Shown here: in pieces, positions 9,994 through 15,026 of the stretch | Layout of the letters: every line of letters starts with the position of its first letter | Numbering within the stretch: the first letter of the stretch is position 1 | Source: Octopus sinensis | Taxonomy: Eukaryota | Assembly (NCBI RefSeq): GCF_006345805.1 | Contig: NW_021825655.1 | Span: 1-15,026 of the forward strand | Length of the DNA: 15,026 bases | Direction of reading: 5' to 3' | Notes under the pieces: model-generated | What the model was told of the DNA's origin: nothing | The model's database searches: none | Seen by the model: the letters and a program-made list of their open reading frames with translations, nothing else | Program-made: the position numbers and the translations under genes

Positions 9994-10401
9994 ATGCTGC
10001 ACTTCTATGACTACGCTGTTAAAAATGTACCCAACCGAGTTTAAGAAAAGGTGAAATTTGTGAGGAATTCGGTTACTATATCTAGCAAGTCTAGCGACCA
10101 CGTAGAGGATCTCTAAAATAATAAGTGCACAATCTCGTCAAAATAACCTCTGGTTTTACACGATATCCGTTGCCAAATTTATTTATATCTATTCTTCGTG
10201 ACGTTGTTTGAGATAACAGAGCGGCAGTGTGAATGCGTTCACGAGACTTCAGTATCACATAACGAATTGCATTCAAACACGAGGCAACAAAACTGATTGG
10301 CTGCACAGTGCTTCCGCTTCCTCACATCTGTTAAATGTATCTTACTTACGGTAGCGCTAACGTATTTTATGCGCTGGAAAATAAATATCAATTTATCAGA
10401 G

Positions 10402-10977
10402 CTTCTCCTGCCAAGATTAGGGGGGAGGAAAATGTTAGCGCAATGCTTGAATCTGATGAAGTTGTCCCTTAAGTTATATCATGTTACGTTGCCATTTTAA
10501 CACATATACATTGTTGTACATCAACACTATGTTTCTTTTACTTTTACAGTCAGGCAAATGAAGCAAAAGTTATATTTCACAGAAGAGCTCTGTAAAGAAC
10601 GAAATATATTTGGATTGTCACCAACTGGATTGCCACCAAGTGGACTGCCACCAATTGTGCTGGCCAAAGGACAGATTTAATTAATGGTATTTCTTGCCAT
10701 GATTAGGGGAGGAAAATGTTAGCGCAATGCTTGAATCTGATGAGATAGTCCCTTAAGTTATCAAGTTACGATGCCATTTTAACACATATACATTGTTGTA
10801 CATCAATACTATGTTTCTTTTACTTTCAGTCAGGCAAATGAAGCAAAAGTTATATTTCAAAGAAGAGCTCTGTAAAGAACGAAATATATTTGGATTGTCA
10901 CCAATTGGATTTCACCAAGTTGATTGCCACCAATTGTGCTGGCCAAAAGACATATTCAATTAATGGTATTTTTCGCC
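10402..10977. repeat. tandem duplication, two ~280-290-bp copies
   Basis: GCCA(A/T)GATTAGGGG starts at 10410 and 10696. Copies align end to end with about 24 differing positions by manual count (~90-92% identity). Each contains three 15-bp sub-repeats GGA(T/C)TG(T/C)CACCAA(C/G/T)T. Confidence 0.95.
10550..10686 (+). pseudogene. exon-like segment in duplication copy 1 (paralog 10830-10965 in copy 2)
   Basis: Acceptor TGTTTCTTTTACTTTTACAG|, donor ATG|GTATTT; frame RQMKQKLYFTEELCKERNIFGLSPTGLPPSGLPPIVLAKGQI*LM. No homolog recognised. Confidence 0.3.
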
Positions 10978-11104
10978 TTATGTTTTACTCCTTTCATTGT
11001 ATCTATGATTCTAAATTTAATTAATCGAAAATTCATCGTTCTTCCACCTACCTACTTTGCTAAATACCTTTTACTCGTCGAAAATTTTCCTCTCCTATCT
11101 CCAG

Positions 11105-11517
11105 TTACTTACTCTTTACTCTTTTACTTGTTTCAGTCATTTGACTGCGGCCATGCTGGAGCACCGCCTTTAATCGAGCAACTCGACCCCGGCACTTATT
11201 CTTTAGTAAGCCCAGTACTTATTCTATCGCTCTCTTTTGCCGAACCGCTAAGTGACGGGGACGTAAACACACCAGCATCGGTTGTCAAGCAATGCTAGGG
11301 GGACAAACACAGACACACAAACACACACACTCATATATATATATATATATATACGACGGGCTTCTTTCAGTTTCCATCTACCAAATCCACTCACAAGGCT
11401 TTGGTCGGCCCGAGGCTATAGTAGAAGACACTTGCCCAAGGTGTCACGCATTGGGACTGAACCCGGAACCATGCGGTTGGTAAACAAGCTACTTACTACA
11501 CAGCCACTCCTGCGCCT
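11105..11517 (-). mobile_element. tRNA-derived SINE, family A, copy 2
   Basis: Collinear with 994-1439, including the internal (CA)n(TA)n tract (~11306-11353) and the TTTACTC-type tail. No clear TSD. Confidence 0.9.
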
Positions 11518-11884
11518 TAGAGACGATTTGGTCTCCAAACAGTTGGTGTCCCTAGATAGTTCTTCTCAGTTATCATAAATATGTTATAAATGTCTCCCAT
11601 GCATAGAATCTATTTGCATATATATTGATGAGGCTTTATTATTAATGACATCATCAATCTTATTCGTCAGCTATCTATATGTCAACTATTAGGCATTTCT
11701 TTCGCTCGGCCTGCAATATGACTAGCTGAGGAAACAGAAACTACGATAGAAATAATTTGTATAACGTATTATGTTTATTTAATTCATGGTAAACCGAACC
11801 AGTGTTACCACAGCCAAAACATATCTAGACGTGTAGTATCCGCCAAGCATCATCACTGTACATCACTTCTAAATCCTATGTGTT

Positions 11885-11985
11885 GGCATGGCTGTGAATT
11901 TAAGGACTTCGTATCGTAACTACATGGTTTCAGATTTAGTCCCACTGCACGGCTGCTTAAGACGTGTTTTCAACCACGGACTCGG
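11885..11985 (+). mobile_element. old diverged family-A-like SINE head fragment
   Basis: GGCATGGCTGTG...AACTACATGGTTTCAGATTTAGTCCCACTGCACGGC aligns to the A head TGGCTGTG...AACCACATGGTTC-GGGTTCAGTCC(C)ACTGCGTGGC. Confidence 0.55.
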
Positions 11986-12048
11986 ATAGGTGAGGTCATT
12001 TTAAATAATATATGAAAGACAGAAAATTATAGCTCTCTGTGTGTGTGA

Positions 12049-12102
12049 TTTCTATTGTCGTCTGCTTTCTATTGTCGTCTGCTTTCTAATGTCGTCTGCT
12101 TT
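12049..12102. repeat. 17-bp minisatellite, ~3.2 copies
   Basis: TTTCTATTGTCGTCTGC at 12049 and 12066, TTTCTAATGTCGTCTGC at 12083. Confidence 0.9.
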
Positions 12103-12944
12103 AACATCTAACCGTTATTTGCCTCCAAAAGGAAGTACGCTTTGTTGCTACTACTCAGACTGGCTCTCCAGATTGAGTATAGCTGTTGTAATTCTCCCCC
12201 ACCATTCTTAGGAACCATAAAATTATTCGTGGATATTGCTTTTAGTAATATGAAAAAGCCATTAGATATACCTTACATTCATCTATTTGGAATTTCTTTG
12301 CCTCAGACGTTGAATAACATCGATCTTAAGTAAACATTAAACTGATCTATTGAAAATAATTATTCACTTATAACCCTTTCTATCAAATTATATGATTTTT
12401 GTGCAAGTTTTCTAGCTTGGTAAGTACTCTCTAAGCGTTAAATGTACAGAACAAACGAAAAGAGAATAGATAGTTGGTATATTTATACGTTTTTTTTTTC
12501 AATGATGCGAAGTAATCCCATAAAAGTATCGAAAATTACAATACAAAACTGGTTAGCTGTGAACTTACCGTTTGTCACACAATTTCCAATAAATACATTA
12601 AGGTCGATTTTATCGAATCTACACCGATATCATCCATGTGATGTTAATCTTGCATCAATAAATATCCAAAAGAGAGAAAGAGAAAAAAAAAGAAAAACGA
12701 CGTCTGTCATCGTCGTCGTCGTCGTTATAATTATGATCCAAGACATCATGACGACAAACGTCAATACCGTCATCGGTAATTTGACATCCCCCCCCGCCAA
12801 AAATTTTTTTTATTTTTTTCTCACGTGAACTTGGTGTGTTCTTTTCCATGCCAGATAGAGTTGCTTCAACCAACATTCAAATGTGCAATGGCTTATACAT
12901 GAATATGTTTTTTGTGTGTGGATGAATATGTATGAAGATAATAA

Positions 12945-13001
12945 TATAATAAATATATAATAATAATATATAATAATAATAATAATAATAAAATAATAAA
13001 A

Positions 13002-13067
<66 letters not shown>

Positions 13068-13078
13068 TGATGATGATG

Positions 13079-13130
<52 letters not shown>

Positions 13131-13138
13131 TGATGATG
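12945..13138. repeat. (AAT)n/(GAT)n microsatellite
   Basis: Direct reading. Confidence 0.95.
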
Positions 13139-13356
13139 GTTTCAAATTTTGCCACCAGGGCAGCCATTTTGAGGAAGGAATAAGTGGACGATTAAATCGA
13201 CCCCAGTGTTTAACTGGTGCTTATTTTTATCGACCCCCCGAAAGGATCAAAGGCAAAGTCGACCTCGACGGAATTTGAACTCAGAACGTAAGGACGGACG
13301 AAGCGCAAGTAAGCATTTTGCCCGGCGTGCTAACGTTTCTGCCAGCTCAGCGCCTT
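13139..13356 (-). mobile_element. tRNA-derived SINE, family B, copy 2
   Basis: Collinear with 1467-1682; flanked on both sides by AAT/GAT repeats (AATAATGATGAT at 13123-13134 and 13357-13368). Confidence 0.9.
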
Positions 13357-13386
13357 AATAATGATGATAATGATGATGACGATAAA

Positions 13387-13424
<38 letters not shown>

Positions 13425-13426
13425 TA
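13357..13426. repeat. (AAT)n/(GAT)n microsatellite
   Basis: Direct reading. Confidence 0.9.
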
Positions 13427-13732
13427 ACTGCCATCCCGTTAGTTGTAGGGGCGCTCGGAGCACAAACAACAAAGTCCAAGAAATATGTCTGAGAAAATGG
13501 AATTGACAAGGGGGTAGAGCATGCTCAAAATAGTGCTCTGATGGGGTCAGTGAGGATTTTGAGATTGGTACTTGGCTGTTGGGTATCTTCCACTATACTT
13601 AACATCTAGGTACCAAGTCTGACAATTTGTGGAAAGGGACCTTGAGAGACCCTGTGAGACAATTGACAATAGGTTCTTGTCCGCTGTCAGGATTAACCAA
13701 AGCTAGTAACACTGAAGGCTCCAAGAAGTAAA

Positions 13733-13734
<2 letters not shown>
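13427..13734 (+). mobile_element. 5'-truncated R4/Dong-like non-LTR retrotransposon 3' end (restriction-like endonuclease group)
   Basis: Frame from 13427: TAIPLVVGALGAQTTKSKKYV*ENGIDKGVEHAQNSALMGSVRILRLVLGC. This matches the C-terminal IPxVxGALG...QKxALLGTxRILRxVL pattern of R4/Dong ORFs, with one internal stop. A ~150-nt 3' UTR runs into (AAT)n, and (AAT)n also lies upstream. Confidence 0.75.
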
Positions 13735-13779
<45 letters not shown>

Positions 13780-13804
13780 TAATAATAATAATAATAATAA
13801 TAAT
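13735..13804. repeat. (AAT)n microsatellite / tail of the Dong-like element
   Basis: Direct reading. Confidence 0.9.
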
Positions 13805-13839
13805 ATCAATATTGTTGTATAATTAGCATTAATATTAGA

Positions 13840-14045
13840 TTCAAATTTTGGCACAAGGCAGCAATTTAGGGAAAGGGGTTAAGTCGCTTACATCGACCCC
13901 CAGTGCTCAACCTATTTTATCGACTCCGAAAGGATGGAAGGCAAAGTCGACCTTAGTAGAATTTGAACTCGGAACACAATAAACGGACGAAAAGCCGTTA
14001 AGCATTTTGTCCGGTGTGCTAACAATTCTGCCAACTCGCCGCTTT
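13840..14045 (-). mobile_element. tRNA-derived SINE, family B, copy 3
   Basis: Collinear with the other B copies; small deletion in the CTGGTACTT segment. Confidence 0.85.
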
Positions 14046-14556
14046 TGATAATTAGTATTAATATTAAAACAGTTTCATATTGACTGTCAGCAATATATTT
14101 GAGAATTAATGGAAGCACGTCTCTTCCAACCATTAAAAACTTCGTGGAGATTTCTTACAAGAATGAGTATTTGGATCTCACTTCCAATATCTCTCCCACT
14201 TCTTTTTGAGAAGTCGTGTTGGTGGTGTTCCCAATTCTTCTTCTATGATTCTTCTATGATAACAGAGATTAGACTAGTGCTATCATATTCCGTGGTTTCT
14301 CTAGTTCTGTCAGTTTTTCTCATTGCTTTTTTTGTGTCAGCTGTCGTATGTCGTTTCAGAACTTGCAATCCTGCTTTCTTTACATATTACAATCAATTTG
14401 GTTTCGACTATTGCAATCTCTTTGCTTCTATTATTTTCAAATTACTTAGACATCACTCTCCACGGCTTGACCGATGTAGTTATGTATAACTGGAATCCGT
14501 GTTCTTTACGACCGCGTTTTCAACACTTTCATTTGAATTTTTACTGTAACGAAAGA

Positions 14557-14731
14557 TTCTTCTTCTTCTTCTTCTTCTTCTTTTTCTTCTTCTTTTCTTC
14601 TTCTTCTTCTTCTTCTTCTTCTTCTTCTTCTTCTTCTTCTTCTTCTTCATTCTTCTTCTTCTTCTTCTTCTTCTTCATTCTTCTTCTTCTTCATTCTTCT
14701 TCTTCTTCTTCTTCTTCTTCTTCTTCTTCTC
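14557..14731. repeat. (TTC)n microsatellite
   Basis: Direct reading; source of the poly-F/poly-S part of ORF 14323..14916. Confidence 0.95.
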
Positions 14732-15026
14732 TCACTCTTGTTTTTATTTCTCTCAACTGCTTCCATTGCACTACCGATCGCACCTGTGTGTGCCTCGAGT
14801 ACACACTGTGGCGTGGTTTCAGCCTCTTTATTTTTAAGGGAATTGACAGTATTTTACCAAGGATGTATGCGATGCCTAACCAGTGCTGGTTATGTATTTG
14901 CCTGTATGCTTTATAACCGCACCTAATGCATTTACTATTATTGGTGTTATTTCTGTCTTGAGCTCTGCATTCAAATTGTCTCTATTTCTAGATTATTGTA
15001 TTACGAAACTTTCTCCGTTTCTTTTA

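Noticed and set aside
10560-10605. Alternative 42-nt minus-strand exon (SSSVKYNFCFICLT) within the duplication
   Set aside because: The donor GTAAAA is weak and the resemblance to an IBR-type FCxxC motif is incomplete; probably chance.
12148-12183. Small hairpin TACTCA-GA-CTGG-CTCT-CCAG-AT-TGAGTA
   Set aside because: Too short for a pre-miRNA and expected by chance in 15 kb.
14109-14489. 126-aa hydrophobic ORF as a membrane protein
   Set aside because: Its hydrophobicity follows from T-richness, no motif is recognisable, and it overlaps other equally uninformative frames.

Overview
AT-rich, gene-poor eukaryotic DNA made mostly of microsatellites and interspersed repeats. The SINE repertoire and microsatellite density suggest an octopus (coleoid cephalopod) genome; this is inferred from recognition and not checked by any search. 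No intact protein-coding gene is supported, and nearly every ORF in the track is a translated microsatellite or repeat. Supported elements: a ~255-bp tandem array built from a TTAA-flanked piggyBac-like MITE; three tRNA-derived SINE families (here A, B, C: 2, 3 and 1 good copies plus fragments); a non-autonomous Helitron; two inverted-repeat (MITE/foldback) elements; a 5' fragment of an RTE-like LINE; a 3' fragment of an R4/Dong-like non-LTR element inside an (AAT)n array; and a ~285-bp tandem duplication containing an exon-like segment. The most interesting signals are the retroelement cluster within (AAT)n tracts, the apparently composite SINE A, a near-perfect 134-bp inverted repeat, and a duplicated exon-like unit with a different lesion in each copy.
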